Source: a virus
Virus record (IMG/VR): IMGVR_UViG_3300045911_000567
Span: 12,914-76,913 of that record
DNA: 64,000 bases
Reading direction: 5' to 3' (one strand)
The position numbers and the translations under genes were made by a program. Below, piece after piece: positions 9,546 through 19,524 of the stretch; the first letter of the stretch is position 1, and each line of letters starts with the position of its first letter. The notes below the pieces were generated by a model that did not search any database, was not told the DNA's origin, and saw only the letters and a list, made by a program, of their open reading frames with translations.

Positions 9546-10086
9546 TGATTACTCCTTCTTCATAATACCAATCCGGCTTAGATCTCAGTGACCATTTTGC
9601 CAAATGATTTTTTTCGTGTATGTAGTAATTGCGATATGCTTTTACTGCATCGGCGTCTTTATATTTATCCGGCATTGCCTGTGCAAATGGAGTCAAACCT
9701 ATATGAGGAATGTTTTTAGGAAGCGCAGATAGCAAATCTTTCAAGTCGATATATGTTTTATGATCTTTGTTTCGGCGATATCGAAACTCTTCTCCTAATG
9801 AAATAAAAAGTTTGTTTAACCAGATGTAATTTTGTGCAGAGCTTCTTGTCCAGATCGCACATGGATGGTTGATGTGCGTAGCCTGATAAAAGCTATCATT
9901 TTCTAGTTTATATCTGGTAACAAGTCTATTTGTTCGTGGATGTTTCTCTTGTATTTTTGTTCCATCCAGTACTCTATGAGCAGTAGACAATAATTGTGCG
10001 GTTTCCAATATCATCTTGGTTAGATGAGCATCGTTGTGATAAATTGCAGCTATTCGTGGATTTATATCTAGTACAAATATATTCAT
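9532..10086 (-). CDS. Pyrimidine-dimer DNA glycosylase family protein
   Basis: MNIFVLD, KMILETAQLLSTAH, THINHPC..W, AQAMPD.YK..D.V.AYR.YY. Confidence 0.85.
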   Translation of the reverse strand: MNIFVLDINPRIAAIYHNDAHLTKMILETAQLLSTAHRVLDGTKIQEKHPRTNRLVTRYKLENDSFYQATHINHPCAIWTRSSAQNYIWLNKLFISLGEEFRYRRNKDHKTYIDLKDLLSALPKNIPHIGLTPFAQAMPDKYKDADAVKAYRNYYIHEKNHLAKWSLRSKPDWYYEEGVINAYL

Positions 10087-10174
10087 AAGTGCCTATTACT
10101 ATTATATTATATAGTATAGCACAACTAAATCAATAAGAAAAGCTAAATAATTTGGTATTTCTATCAGGAATTTT

Positions 10175-10309
10175 ATGAAAAAATTAGTATCCAAAGTAAA
10201 ATGTTTGCTGGCAAGAGTAATGGTCGCCCTGAAACTCAAGAAAGTTGAAGAATGTAAGGCTCCTGCTCTAAAGAAGACACCTAAGAAGGTAGTCAAGAAA
10301 AAGAAGTAA
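10175..10309 (+). CDS. 44-aa lysine-rich small protein (not in ORF track)
   Basis: MKKLVSKVKCLLARVMVALKLKKVEECKAPALKKTPKKVVKKKK; CTAAATA at 10143-10149 and AGGA RBS upstream. Confidence 0.65.
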   Translation: MKKLVSKVKCLLARVMVALKLKKVEECKAPALKKTPKKVVKKKK

Positions 10310-10312
10310 ACT

Positions 10313-10945
10313 TCATTTGTCTGACAATACTGCACCAAGTATTTTTGTTTTCAGCGACGGTTTGTAGTATGGTCCCTCGCATTTTTGCCAAATATCTTGG
10401 TGGTGTCCGCTACCGGCTGTTGATGGATCATGTAGATGCAAAAACCAATGCTGCAATTCGTGCCTATATGTTTCATCCGCATCAATGTTTTCGACAATAT
10501 AAACTGTCTGAGTCTCTGGATGATAAAAACCAACAACTGCGCCGATGCCGGTAAATGTTACAACTGGAACAAAATTATAAGCACTTTCCGTTGAAGCAAC
10601 ATCAAGAGATTCCGTGGATATCACGAAACATCTGGGCGGAACCAATTCTTCAGATAATGGATTATCAGCCCAGACTTTCGTATTGACACAACTCAACGCT
10701 TGTTTAAAATTTTCCTTTTCGTCGAAATAAACGCCACACGGCTTCAGATGTGCCCATTTGGTATTTGGTATTATTGGATGAATATCAGAATTCTTGGAAA
10801 TCGTGGTTAGTTTGACAGGCGGATCTAAATTTATAGTGGGAGTAGTGAGTATTATTAGAACTAAAATTGATGGTAAAAAGGCAAAAAATAGGTAACTAAA
10901 CGATTTAACAGAAAATTTTATCGCTTCGATTATGATCTTTCTCAT
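10313..10945 (-). CDS. Membrane-anchored zincin-like metalloprotein
   Basis: N-terminal TM segment; GFYHP..HELQH..H. Confidence 0.6.
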   Translation of the reverse strand: MRKIIIEAIKFSVKSFSYLFFAFLPSILVLIILTTPTINLDPPVKLTTISKNSDIHPIIPNTKWAHLKPCGVYFDEKENFKQALSCVNTKVWADNPLSEELVPPRCFVISTESLDVASTESAYNFVPVVTFTGIGAVVGFYHPETQTVYIVENIDADETYRHELQHWFLHLHDPSTAGSGHHQDIWQKCEGPYYKPSLKTKILGAVLSDK

Positions 10946-10999
10946 ATTTGCCTCCCGTGGATATTTTTATTTAGAAAAATCCACAACGGAAGGCTGCCA

Positions 11000-11257
11000 T
11001 CACTCTAAGTCGTCAGCATTGTATAGTTTTACTCCTAGTTTAATAGATCGGTTTTCATCTAGGGAGATTTGCGGAAGGGTATCTTTTATGTTTTTTAATA
11101 ACAGTTCATTTATCTGATTCAAGATTCGACGAAATTCTGCCATTAAATTTTCGTCGGCTTCGGTCGTATCAAAAGACAAAATAAGATTATACGCCCTGAC
11201 TGTCGCTCTCGGTAGAATCTTTTTCTTCCTCGTCTTTTTCATCGCCTTTCTCCGCAC
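11000..11257 (-). CDS. Hypothetical protein
   Basis: Short ORF in the operon with basic N-terminus; start uncertain. Confidence 0.5.
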   Translation of the reverse strand: MRRKAMKKTRKKKILPRATVRAYNLILSFDTTEADENLMAEFRRILNQINELLLKNIKDTLPQISLDENRSIKLGVKLYNADDLE

Positions 11258-11699
11258 TATTATCTATCAGTCCGGGAAAGGCTTCTTCTATCATTTTACG
11301 AGTAACTCCAATATCCAGTTTCTTGTCTTTAGCAAGAAGAAGGACTTGCGCCTCTTCTTTGTCGAGTGATTCTAATAATGAAGCAAAGAGAACTTCTCTT
11401 TTCTTTTGTCGCAGGCCAGGAGAGAATTTTTTGAAAAACACATACATGGATTTAGCACAAGTTTTTAGTGTTGCGTTTCCAAAACCCGGAATATTATTGT
11501 TGCCTCTATAATCTTCGGGTATTCCCTCGGCGAGATCAAAATTGCAATTTGGATCGAAATTCAGCTTCAAGATTTGTCGAAGTGACTGGGAATCATTTTC
11601 TTTGAGCAATTTTATTCTTGCTGATTTAGTTTTTGCCAGAGAAACCTGATGAAGAAGCTCGGCAATGGTTGGTGGCGGATTGTATGTTTTTGGTGTCAT
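11187..11699 (-). CDS. Conserved T4-like phage protein adjacent to rnh
   Basis: LRQILKLNFDP..L.EG, KREVLF..LLESL..EA..L..AKDK. Confidence 0.75.
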   Translation of the reverse strand: MTPKTYNPPPTIAELLHQVSLAKTKSARIKLLKENDSQSLRQILKLNFDPNCNFDLAEGIPEDYRGNNNIPGFGNATLKTCAKSMYVFFKKFSPGLRQKKREVLFASLLESLDKEEAQVLLLAKDKKLDIGVTRKMIEEAFPGLIDNSAEKGDEKDEEEKDSTESDSQGV

Positions 11700-11700
11700 G

Positions 11701-12588
11701 TCAAAAATCTCCTATCGACTCCATTAAATATCTCAATTTATTCCTTATGAAATATGTCATCAGGTGTTTTGTGTTTCCCAGTTTAGCATTTTCATATGTA
11801 TATATAATTTTTTCTTGAATTTCGGCAGGAATCTTATCGAAATCAATCAGCGCTTCATTTCTTTTAAAATTTCTCAGCATATATTCATCGCAAAATTCTT
11901 GTGGATTGCCACACTTAAGCCACTCTTCTAGTTTCTTGGATTGAATTGATTTCTGTTTCTTCCCTTCGACGAGGAATATATTATCTTCCGATAGAAAATT
12001 AGGAATTCCATCTCCGGAATCTCCTCTAATGATATGTTCAAGTAAAACCTTTTTTGGATTTAAAGTAACGAGAAATTTCTTCTGCATAGGACTAAACTGC
12101 TTTACGTTTGCATATTTCTGTAGCTGTAAAAAATCCTTATCCGCAGAGAGAATCAGTACCGGCCTAGGTTCACGAACTAGCACGTTTTCTAGTAATTCAT
12201 TATCCTGACTATATTTTGAAAGAACAGCTATTATGTCATCTGCTTCTGCTTTTTCGACTTGTAAAACCTTGTACGGAAAATATTCTTTCAATTCTTCTCT
12301 TATTTTATTTAATAAGGTAAAGATTACTTTCCAGTCATACTTTGAATCGTCTCTTGCTTTTTTTCTACCAGCCTTATAGTATGGAAAAATCTCCTTGCGC
12401 CAGTAGTCTTTATCGTCTACACATAACACGACATTTCCAAACTCACCTGAAAATTTTTTCTTATAGTATAGAATCGAGCTAAGAACTATATGACGGATCA
12501 AATCTTCTGACACTTCCGTCGTTGGAGATGATCCTACATGAGACATAAAAGATGATATGAATGTTTGATGAAAATCGACTAATATCAC
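11701..12588 (-). CDS. rnh: RNase H / 5'-3' exonuclease
   Basis: YWRKEIFPYYKA.R, EADDII, SADKDFLQL, GDSGDGIPN. Confidence 0.95.
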   Translation of the reverse strand: MILVDFHQTFISSFMSHVGSSPTTEVSEDLIRHIVLSSILYYKKKFSGEFGNVVLCVDDKDYWRKEIFPYYKAGRKKARDDSKYDWKVIFTLLNKIREELKEYFPYKVLQVEKAEADDIIAVLSKYSQDNELLENVLVREPRPVLILSADKDFLQLQKYANVKQFSPMQKKFLVTLNPKKVLLEHIIRGDSGDGIPNFLSEDNIFLVEGKKQKSIQSKKLEEWLKCGNPQEFCDEYMLRNFKRNEALIDFDKIPAEIQEKIIYTYENAKLGNTKHLMTYFIRNKLRYLMESIGDF

Positions 12589-12842
12589 TGTTTCATCTCC
12601 GTCTTAAAATAAAATTTCTGGAAATCTTCGAAATATTCCAATGCTCTTTTTTCGACATATGCTTCTGGATCATATTCGCCCAGAGCATGAAAGAGAGAAT
12701 CTTTCCATGCGGAAAGATATGCATGTTTTGCAATAGTGCGTTCTCGTGTTTTAATAATTTTATTGACTCGTATATGATACCAAATCAATAATGCATATAC
12801 CAGCAGTGCTCCAGTGCACAATCCCAAAAAGAACAAAATCAT
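12585..12842 (-). CDS. Small membrane protein
   Basis: N-terminal hydrophobic helix; overlaps neighbours. Confidence 0.6.
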   Translation of the reverse strand: MILFFLGLCTGALLVYALLIWYHIRVNKIIKTRERTIAKHAYLSAWKDSLFHALGEYDPEAYVEKRALEYFEDFQKFYFKTEMKQ

Positions 12843-13057
12843 TCGTCTCCGGTCGTCAGTCTTTTTGTCAACAGTTTTAAAAACTCTTCATCGGTTACTT
12901 TTTTTCCACTCAATTCAATTTGTTTTTGCAAACGGTCCGCTTCTTTTATGATTTTTTCGGCAAGTATAGGTCCGGTAGATATTCCTCTACTAAAGCCAAG
13001 ATATTCCCCCCACAAAAAAGAAAGTAAGCACAGTATCAGTGTCAATATTGTCAACAT
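12839..13057 (-). CDS. Small membrane protein
   Basis: N-terminal hydrophobic helix; overlaps neighbours. Confidence 0.55.
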   Translation of the reverse strand: MLTILTLILCLLSFLWGEYLGFSRGISTGPILAEKIIKEADRLQKQIELSGKKVTDEEFLKLLTKRLTTGDE

Positions 13058-13809
13058 TTTATTCTTAAACTACTAATATCTATTTGTATTATATCACTCT
13101 TTGCTGGCTCTGTCGAATTTAATTTGACGCACGTTAAAGCACGACCTTTTGCCGCTCCGGTATCTACATTTATTCTGACCGGCAGGTTCGATAATACTTC
13201 ATTCCTTGGAATTGGTGTGTGTGCATGGACGACCAGTTTGCTCCACGGTTTAGTTTTAATGCGAGCGAAAAATGCGTTTCGATTGTCATCCGCCCAAATA
13301 AGTGTAAATTTTGTCTGTTCTTCTAGGGCTAGGTGAGAATTAACAGCAGCATGAACAAATAATGCTTCTGGTGTATCGTGGTATAACTTCAGAGAATTAA
13401 GAAAATCATAATGTTCCGGAAAATCTTCTCTAAATCGACTCGCAAAATTTTCTGCATAGTCTTTAAATTCTTTAGTAGAGTTCCAGTATCTAAGGATTTC
13501 ATTCGGATAAAAACTCTGTATAGTGGCATCGCCGCCATTTTGTATGAAGGCACTTCCAAACATGGCACCTTCTATGTTCATATACGACATGAACATATCT
13601 TCGTGATTTCCTAGAAGGCATATTGTGGTATATGATTTCTTAAAATTTATTAGATGACTAATAACTTCCTTGGAATTTGGTCCTCTATCAATGTAGTCTC
13701 CTAGAAAAATTACCACATCATCTCTACTTAATTGTTTGCTCAAATGTGCAGTTAATACGTCAAGAGGACGAATCAATCCATGAATATCTCCTATAGCATA
13801 ATAGTTCAT
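13051..13809 (-). CDS. Ser/Thr protein phosphatase-like metallophosphoesterase (PPP family)
   Basis: GDIHG, GDYIDRG, GNHE, VHA, HTP, DTG. Confidence 0.9.
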   Translation of the reverse strand: MNYYAIGDIHGLIRPLDVLTAHLSKQLSRDDVVIFLGDYIDRGPNSKEVISHLINFKKSYTTICLLGNHEDMFMSYMNIEGAMFGSAFIQNGGDATIQSFYPNEILRYWNSTKEFKDYAENFASRFREDFPEHYDFLNSLKLYHDTPEALFVHAAVNSHLALEEQTKFTLIWADDNRNAFFARIKTKPWSKLVVHAHTPIPRNEVLSNLPVRINVDTGAAKGRALTCVKLNSTEPAKSDIIQIDISSLRIKC

Positions 13810-15170
13810 TGGCGTATAATAGATTTTAAATGGGGAGCCACTTTCATGATATACGAATGATCGTAAAATTGTTTCAGTTTATTCAACAATTCTCGATCAT
13901 CTTTGTCTGTTGTTTTGTCTGCCAGTAGATTATCTATATCTCGATATAATTCTCCTAGTGTCGGATGAAAAGCTGGATTAAAAACGCCGTCAATTGGTTC
14001 TGTGATTGTGTCGGTTTTGTCTATTTTTAATTTGCCACCATACCTATATTCTGCATATTCTTTCAACTGCTCAAGATATTTGTCAGGCTGTTCGTTTATT
14101 TTGTGTCTAATATAGAGTTCTATTTCGTGCTTGTCTGCCCTCGACTCCATAGCTTGTCGAGAACGATTCCATATACTATTATTCAGCGATGTAATTCCAT
14201 CAAAATCTAATAGATAAATGAATTGTTCAATATCACAATTTTTAGGAGGAAAGAAATTATCTAGGTTTATATCTGATAGATCTTTCAGTGCGTTTTTTGC
14301 AATATCTTTCCACTCATCCAATTGATTGGCGACATTATTGTCTACAAAGAATGGACTAGTTCTTGTATTATACCAAAAGACGCATCTTTTATCCGGTATC
14401 TCGCCTGCATCAATTAATTTTTGATACTCTAATAAATCTATCCATAGAGCTTGGGTCGATTTTTCAACCAATAACACCATAGGCGACGTATCGTTATGGC
14501 TCTCCTCTTCTCTTTCATAGACACGAAGGAACTTAGGGCGAGTCCTTAAGACCAAAGATTTTCTAGGTTCATAACAATCAAAATCGGACCAATTCATATT
14601 ATAGCGTTTCTTAAATTCTTGCGCCACTTTGATTGTTAGTCGAACATCAAAAGAAGACTCGTGTAATTGTTTTCCTTCTAGTAGACCCAAACTTTTAGCG
14701 ACTGATTCGAGTGTCATATTATCATGTTGATGCAATGAATCATAGAAATTGCGATCAATCAATGAGACTTTCTGTGCCATATAAAAGACATCACAATAAT
14801 TTAGGTTTTTATTGAAATAGGGGTTGAGTCCATTCCTAATCATGCTTGTTCTGAGAAAAGGAACATCGAATCTATTTGAATTATACCCAACCAACACAGT
14901 CGGGTGTTTTTCAACTATAGACCAAATATAACTATGAATTCTTTGCAACGAAGATCTTTCATCTTCTGAGGTATTCTGATGTGCGAGTACATCCACTTTA
15001 TTTGCTAGAATCGCACGTGGAGTTGGTAGTTGAGTTGGATTTATTTTGATCTTGCCTGATAATTCAGACAAAGCCTTTCCTTCTTCGTTTGTTTCAATGA
15101 AACAATAATTGAGAATTTGTCCTACATATAATAGGTCTGTTGTTTCCAGATCGAAAAAAATGCTTCTCAT
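13806..15170 (-). CDS. Exonuclease I (SbcB)-like DEDDh 3'-5' exonuclease
   Basis: FDLETT, P.P.AIL, GYNSNRFDVPFLR, LE..A...LHESSFDV. Confidence 0.75.
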   Translation of the reverse strand: MRSIFFDLETTDLLYVGQILNYCFIETNEEGKALSELSGKIKINPTQLPTPRAILANKVDVLAHQNTSEDERSSLQRIHSYIWSIVEKHPTVLVGYNSNRFDVPFLRTSMIRNGLNPYFNKNLNYCDVFYMAQKVSLIDRNFYDSLHQHDNMTLESVAKSLGLLEGKQLHESSFDVRLTIKVAQEFKKRYNMNWSDFDCYEPRKSLVLRTRPKFLRVYEREEESHNDTSPMVLLVEKSTQALWIDLLEYQKLIDAGEIPDKRCVFWYNTRTSPFFVDNNVANQLDEWKDIAKNALKDLSDINLDNFFPPKNCDIEQFIYLLDFDGITSLNNSIWNRSRQAMESRADKHEIELYIRHKINEQPDKYLEQLKEYAEYRYGGKLKIDKTDTITEPIDGVFNPAFHPTLGELYRDIDNLLADKTTDKDDRELLNKLKQFYDHSYIMKVAPHLKSIIRQ

Positions 15171-16237
15171 ATGACACGAAGTAGTATCGTATCTTTATTG
15201 ATTCTTCCTGTCAACTTTTTCTCTTTAGTTTTCAGTGCGGGAAGTATTTTCTTGAGTGCCACTTTCCCGGCTTCTAGCACTTGAGGAAGCACCTCTTCTG
15301 GTTTTCGTAATACTTTAACGATGCTTTCTTTTACATCAAAATTTTGAATAGTGGAACCCTTCACGGTAAAGCCGTGATTGTTTGAACATATATAAACTCC
15401 TAATGTTTTATATCTCACATTATAAACCCATAACTGTGTCGCTCCAACTATCTTAGATGGCAGCACACTTTTCAGATTCTCGTATTCCTTGAGATAATAA
15501 AGTTTCGCGACTTGAACGCCGGCGGGTTTTTGCTTTCTTGTCTGTGTGCGTTTGGATGCTAATGCTATGGTCTTAGCATCATATAACCAAGACTCAGCAC
15601 TTTTAATTAATTGCTGTAGCGTAGATATGGTGTGTTTAACTCTCTGGCGGGATAAATGTTTGTATGCTTCTGTGAGCTGTTCATCTTTTTCATTCAGAAG
15701 ATCGACAAATTCATTTAATTGTTTTTTGTATGTTTTGATGATTGGTGGAATATACTGATGCTTGATATTGTTTTTTCTGAAGAATAAATCGAAATCATGC
15801 GATTTTCCTGAATCTATAGATTCATCTAATTTTTCGTCGATCTGCGAACAAATTCTATACAATTCATTTTTTATATTTTCTTGAACATTCTGCTTCGGAA
15901 GCACTTTTGATGTTATAACATTCTCTTTATTTTTCTTCTGGAGTTTTTGTTTTTTAATACGAAGAACCTCTTGTTCGATGCGAGGCAAAAACCTGTCTCT
16001 TAGATCTTCATTTAAGGTTATAATTCTCGATAAAAATCCTATAGTTAATGGAGTCGATCTTAATTCAGCTGCGGTTAAATCTAGTTTAAATTCTCGCTTG
16101 ATTAATTCTGCAAGATATTTGTATGCATCTGAGTTTTCTTTATTAGCGTGGTACCACGACAACAGATATATCAGGTCGGAATCTTTTTTTATTGATGTTG
16201 CAGATGGTTCGGAGGGTAGTTTTGCAGTTTTTCTCAT
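15167..16237 (-). CDS. Conserved T4-like phage hypothetical protein
   Basis: C-terminal S..PSKIVGA..LWVYN, VKGSTI..FD, LRKPEE, GRINKDTILL. Confidence 0.75.
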   Translation of the reverse strand: MRKTAKLPSEPSATSIKKDSDLIYLLSWYHANKENSDAYKYLAELIKREFKLDLTAAELRSTPLTIGFLSRIITLNEDLRDRFLPRIEQEVLRIKKQKLQKKNKENVITSKVLPKQNVQENIKNELYRICSQIDEKLDESIDSGKSHDFDLFFRKNNIKHQYIPPIIKTYKKQLNEFVDLLNEKDEQLTEAYKHLSRQRVKHTISTLQQLIKSAESWLYDAKTIALASKRTQTRKQKPAGVQVAKLYYLKEYENLKSVLPSKIVGATQLWVYNVRYKTLGVYICSNNHGFTVKGSTIQNFDVKESIVKVLRKPEEVLPQVLEAGKVALKKILPALKTKEKKLTGRINKDTILLRVI

Positions 16238-16242
16238 GACTC

Positions 16243-16272
16243 ATTATATCACATCAATCAATGACTTGTCAA
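16243..16272 (-). promoter_or_regulatory. Sigma70-type early promoter
   Basis: TTGACA-N18-TATAAT, 5 nt before the ATG at 16237. Confidence 0.75.
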
Positions 16273-16323
16273 TTCCCTATTTTGCGCCCAATAATATCAG
16301 CTAGTTATATGACGAAAAAAATC

Positions 16324-16908
16324 CTATTGAACGAAGTGATGTTCGTGTATATATTTCGCTATAAAGTATGAATCCACTATATCTGCGAGAGGACTGGCAC
16401 CCGCCTTAATGTCGAATATCGCCAATGGATCGAATCCAGTCTGAGAAACAAAAGATTCGAGCATTTTTATCTTATCTGCGCTTCCTTTTCCACAGGCATA
16501 TTTTTTTATTACTGTTGGCGGTATTGTGTGAAACGCGCGCCCTGATTTCCATAAATTATACTTTAAAATGCCAGCACATTCGGCTATATGAAAAACTCTG
16601 CCTTTCGATCCCATAGAATAATCTTCTATGGCTATCAGTGCATTTTTGTTTATTATTGATTCTGCCCAACAGGATAATTTATCGAATCTTTCCATACTAG
16701 TTTCGTGAACATCAAATGGTTGTTTATCATATCCAATGAATTGATTGCTGGGGAAAAGACATTTTTTCTTGTCTGTGATATAATAAAACTTACAGTTGGA
16801 AAAGTGCCAAACTTTTCCTTTATGTATTGTTATTGCCGGAGACGACATAGACCAGTCTATTCCGACCGTTACACTATTCTTCGTCTTCATCTTGTTCTGA
16901 GTCATCAT
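16324..16908 (-). CDS. RuvC-like (RNase H fold) nuclease
   Basis: GIDWS, IEDYS, IAE..GILK, PTVIKKYA.GKG.ADK, DIVDSY; start uncertain. Confidence 0.75.
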   Translation of the reverse strand: MMTQNKMKTKNSVTVGIDWSMSSPAITIHKGKVWHFSNCKFYYITDKKKCLFPSNQFIGYDKQPFDVHETSMERFDKLSCWAESIINKNALIAIEDYSMGSKGRVFHIAECAGILKYNLWKSGRAFHTIPPTVIKKYACGKGSADKIKMLESFVSQTGFDPLAIFDIKAGASPLADIVDSYFIAKYIHEHHFVQ

Positions 16909-17032
16909 GCTCTAAAATATCGGATTCGCCGCAAAATGGACAAACCTCAACATAAAAAGCCGCTGGGTGAGTGATTGTAAAAACAACATCACAATCCACA
17001 CATTTCAATTTATGTTTTTTTGCTCTCGCCAT
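16874..17032 (-). CDS. 52-aa zinc-ribbon protein with acidic tail (not in ORF track)
   Basis: MARAKKHKLKCVDC...CPFCGESDILEHDDSEQDEDEE. Confidence 0.7.
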   Translation of the reverse strand: MARAKKHKLKCVDCDVVFTITHPAAFYVEVCPFCGESDILEHDDSEQDEDEE

Positions 17033-17037
17033 GCTTA

Positions 17038-18942
17038 TTATATATCACATGAGCCTGCTGTACATGCCAATTCATGACTTGCAGCAGTATTATCTGTGGA
17101 TTCATATTGTTGAAGTTTACTCCAATCTATGTTCTTGGGCATCTTGTCGCTCAATTCGATATATGTTTTCTCGTCTATTTTCGTGTATGGAGCTTGTCTA
17201 TATATATGTTCCGTGTAAGGAAGAAATGAGACTCCTGCTATCTCGTCAAAATGTTTATATACAAATGCCGCAACCGATAACCACTCATCTTCTCTCACAT
17301 AAACTGTGATGGAAACCATATGTTCAGTCCAGTGTTTTCTGTATAATAGATATAACTCAAGCTGTTCAAGAGCGGATACATCATGCGCTTTTTTAACATC
17401 AAGCGGAGATTTCATCGGAAAGGAAAACACCGTCGTGTGTTCTGGTTTAGTTACATCTGGTTCGTTTGGAAAACCAGCATCTTTCATAAAAACACATAAA
17501 GGATCTTTATTATCGGATCTAACAGTTCTGATGTAATAATCAGAAAATCTGGGATGAATTCCCGGCGCCGAATTTACCAAAGAAGAAACTGTTCCCGAGG
17601 GCTTTATACACGTAATCGCAACCGAAGGATTTATATTCAGTTTTTTCGCCCACTTTTTATTTACTGCGATTGCATGTTCTCTTATTTCCGTTAAGAACGA
17701 TGCAAGCTCTTTGCTCGGCGTTGACATGAAAACATTATCATAAATTCCTGTAAGAGAAACTCCAAGTAATCTTTCTTCTTCGCAATTTTTCTGCCAATCT
17801 TTAGAAAGGTATCTAAACTCGGTTAGTGTAGATTGAAACGTGCCCAATATTGTTGCTATTTCAACTTTTTGTTTAATTGTCTTTTTTGTATCTTCTGGTC
17901 GAATTACAACTTCACTTAAATTGCAGGTCTCCTTCGATCTCAGACTTATCTCCCCGCAAGGGTTGGTTCCGGCTATTTTATCTGCGTCTCTTCTGCCAAT
18001 ACTCTTTACGAATTTTTTAAGTCCGTGCAAGTTGAAAATGCCTCTCTCTCCCGACTTAGAATCGTATAATGATTTCCATTCATCCATAAAAATTCCCATG
18101 TCCGGATGTTCGGTATAACAAGCAGAGTTATTGGCTAATGCTCTCTGTGGATGAATTTCCCACCAGTTTCCTGATTTAGCATGTCTCATTCTATCATCTG
18201 AAAGATTGGACAGCGATATCAGTGCTGATCGTCGGACTCCGCCTACGACAATCGTATCTGCTACTTTACACACAATATCGTGACACTCTACACTTTGAAG
18301 TTTTCTACCAGATGCTGATTTGAAGGTTTTTATACAAAAATTACACAGGTCAATAAATGGTTCTGGACCTGATGCTCTCCCGCCGAAAGTCTTTAGTGGG
18401 GTTCCCGCCGGTCTGACCTCTGAAACATCTATTTTAGGAATCATGCCCTGATATAGCATACCTATTAATTCCTTCAGAGCTTTTGCCCATCCAATTCTAG
18501 AATCTTTTACTTTGATTGTAGTTTCAGTCTCATAGAAAGTTTCTGCGATCTCGGGCAATTTTGAAACGTATTGACGCTCAACAGAAAATCCTACTCCGGT
18601 GCCACACGAAAGAATATATAAAATTTCATCAAAAGCTCTAGGCGAATCTATAGCTATAAATGAACAGTTGAAGCCAGACATTTCATCGCGTTCTAATGCC
18701 TTGCCGGCAGTCATCAGGCATCGCATAGAAGGCATGACATCTAATCGTAAAACAGCATTTTCTAATCTGTTTCTTGTCTTATTGTCTAATTTATACGATG
18801 TTCTTTTCTCTAAATGTTTCTCAAAAAAATCAAAATATCTTTTTACTGTTTCCTCCCATGTCTCTCTTCTCTTTTTATCCTCCAACCACCGAGAATATCT
18901 GCTGAGATGAATGTATGACTGGTATTGTGTGGGTAATGACAT
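17038..18942 (-). CDS. nrdJ: Class II (adenosylcobalamin-dependent) ribonucleotide reductase
   Basis: RETWEETV.RY, GTGVGFS, GGVRRSA, TNPCGE, CIKPSGTVS, C-terminal CxxxxC. Confidence 0.93.
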   Translation of the reverse strand: MSLPTQYQSYIHLSRYSRWLEDKKRRETWEETVKRYFDFFEKHLEKRTSYKLDNKTRNRLENAVLRLDVMPSMRCLMTAGKALERDEMSGFNCSFIAIDSPRAFDEILYILSCGTGVGFSVERQYVSKLPEIAETFYETETTIKVKDSRIGWAKALKELIGMLYQGMIPKIDVSEVRPAGTPLKTFGGRASGPEPFIDLCNFCIKTFKSASGRKLQSVECHDIVCKVADTIVVGGVRRSALISLSNLSDDRMRHAKSGNWWEIHPQRALANNSACYTEHPDMGIFMDEWKSLYDSKSGERGIFNLHGLKKFVKSIGRRDADKIAGTNPCGEISLRSKETCNLSEVVIRPEDTKKTIKQKVEIATILGTFQSTLTEFRYLSKDWQKNCEEERLLGVSLTGIYDNVFMSTPSKELASFLTEIREHAIAVNKKWAKKLNINPSVAITCIKPSGTVSSLVNSAPGIHPRFSDYYIRTVRSDNKDPLCVFMKDAGFPNEPDVTKPEHTTVFSFPMKSPLDVKKAHDVSALEQLELYLLYRKHWTEHMVSITVYVREDEWLSVAAFVYKHFDEIAGVSFLPYTEHIYRQAPYTKIDEKTYIELSDKMPKNIDWSKLQQYESTDNTAASHELACTAGSCDI

Positions 18943-18972
18943 TCAGAAGTTCCTTATTATCTCGACTATAAC

Positions 18973-19005
18973 AAAAAAAGAGCAAACAGTAAATTCTTTT
19001 TGCTC
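18973..19005 (-). terminator. Possible intrinsic terminator
   Basis: GAGCAAA..TTTGCTC stem followed by T7. Confidence 0.45.
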
Positions 19006-19029
19006 GATCATATTTACATTTTCAAAAAT

Positions 19030-19524
19030 CTAAATGTGCCACTCCTTCGGCGAAGAAGGATCAACAATTACTATATTTGCCTCATCGGATAATTTTGTTT
19101 TAATTGAAACGGGAGAAGTAGTGCCGTTTATGGTTGCATAAAAATATAGTTTCAGAGGGGAACAATTTATCAGATGTCTTTTATTGATATTGAGGCGAAA
19201 AACTAATCTGGCATATCTATCTTTTATGTGTTTCTGTGATCTGCATGTGGGAAAAAATGTTCCGACTAGATCATTTTTATAATCATATATGTTCATGTGT
19301 ATTTGAGTTCTGCAAATGCCATCTAAAGAAACCAGTAGATAGGGAGTGTTGTTTTTGATTTTCCAGGAATATCCCTTCACGAACATTTCAGAAAAATTTA
19401 TTTGTTTTGGCTCATAGTTGAAATATTGATTTCCAACCAACCTCAATCCAACATATTCCCCCGAGTGCGAAGATAAGCCTCTAATCGTTTCTAATGCGCG
19501 GATTATCAACTTTATAACAAACAT
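19030..19524 (-). CDS. Hypothetical protein, divergent FLWKP-type domain
   Basis: KGYSWK..LLVS..RLVFR..IVDP. Confidence 0.55.
   Translation of the reverse strand: MFVIKLIIRALETIRGLSSHSGEYVGLRLVGNQYFNYEPKQINFSEMFVKGYSWKIKNNTPYLLVSLDGICRTQIHMNIYDYKNDLVGTFFPTCRSQKHIKDRYARLVFRLNINKRHLINCSPLKLYFYATINGTTSPVSIKTKLSDEANIVIVDPSSPKEWHI

Noticed and set aside
18943-19029. Cobalamin riboswitch upstream of nrdJ
   Set aside because: The gap is under 90 nt and has no B12-box; only a terminator-like hairpin is present.
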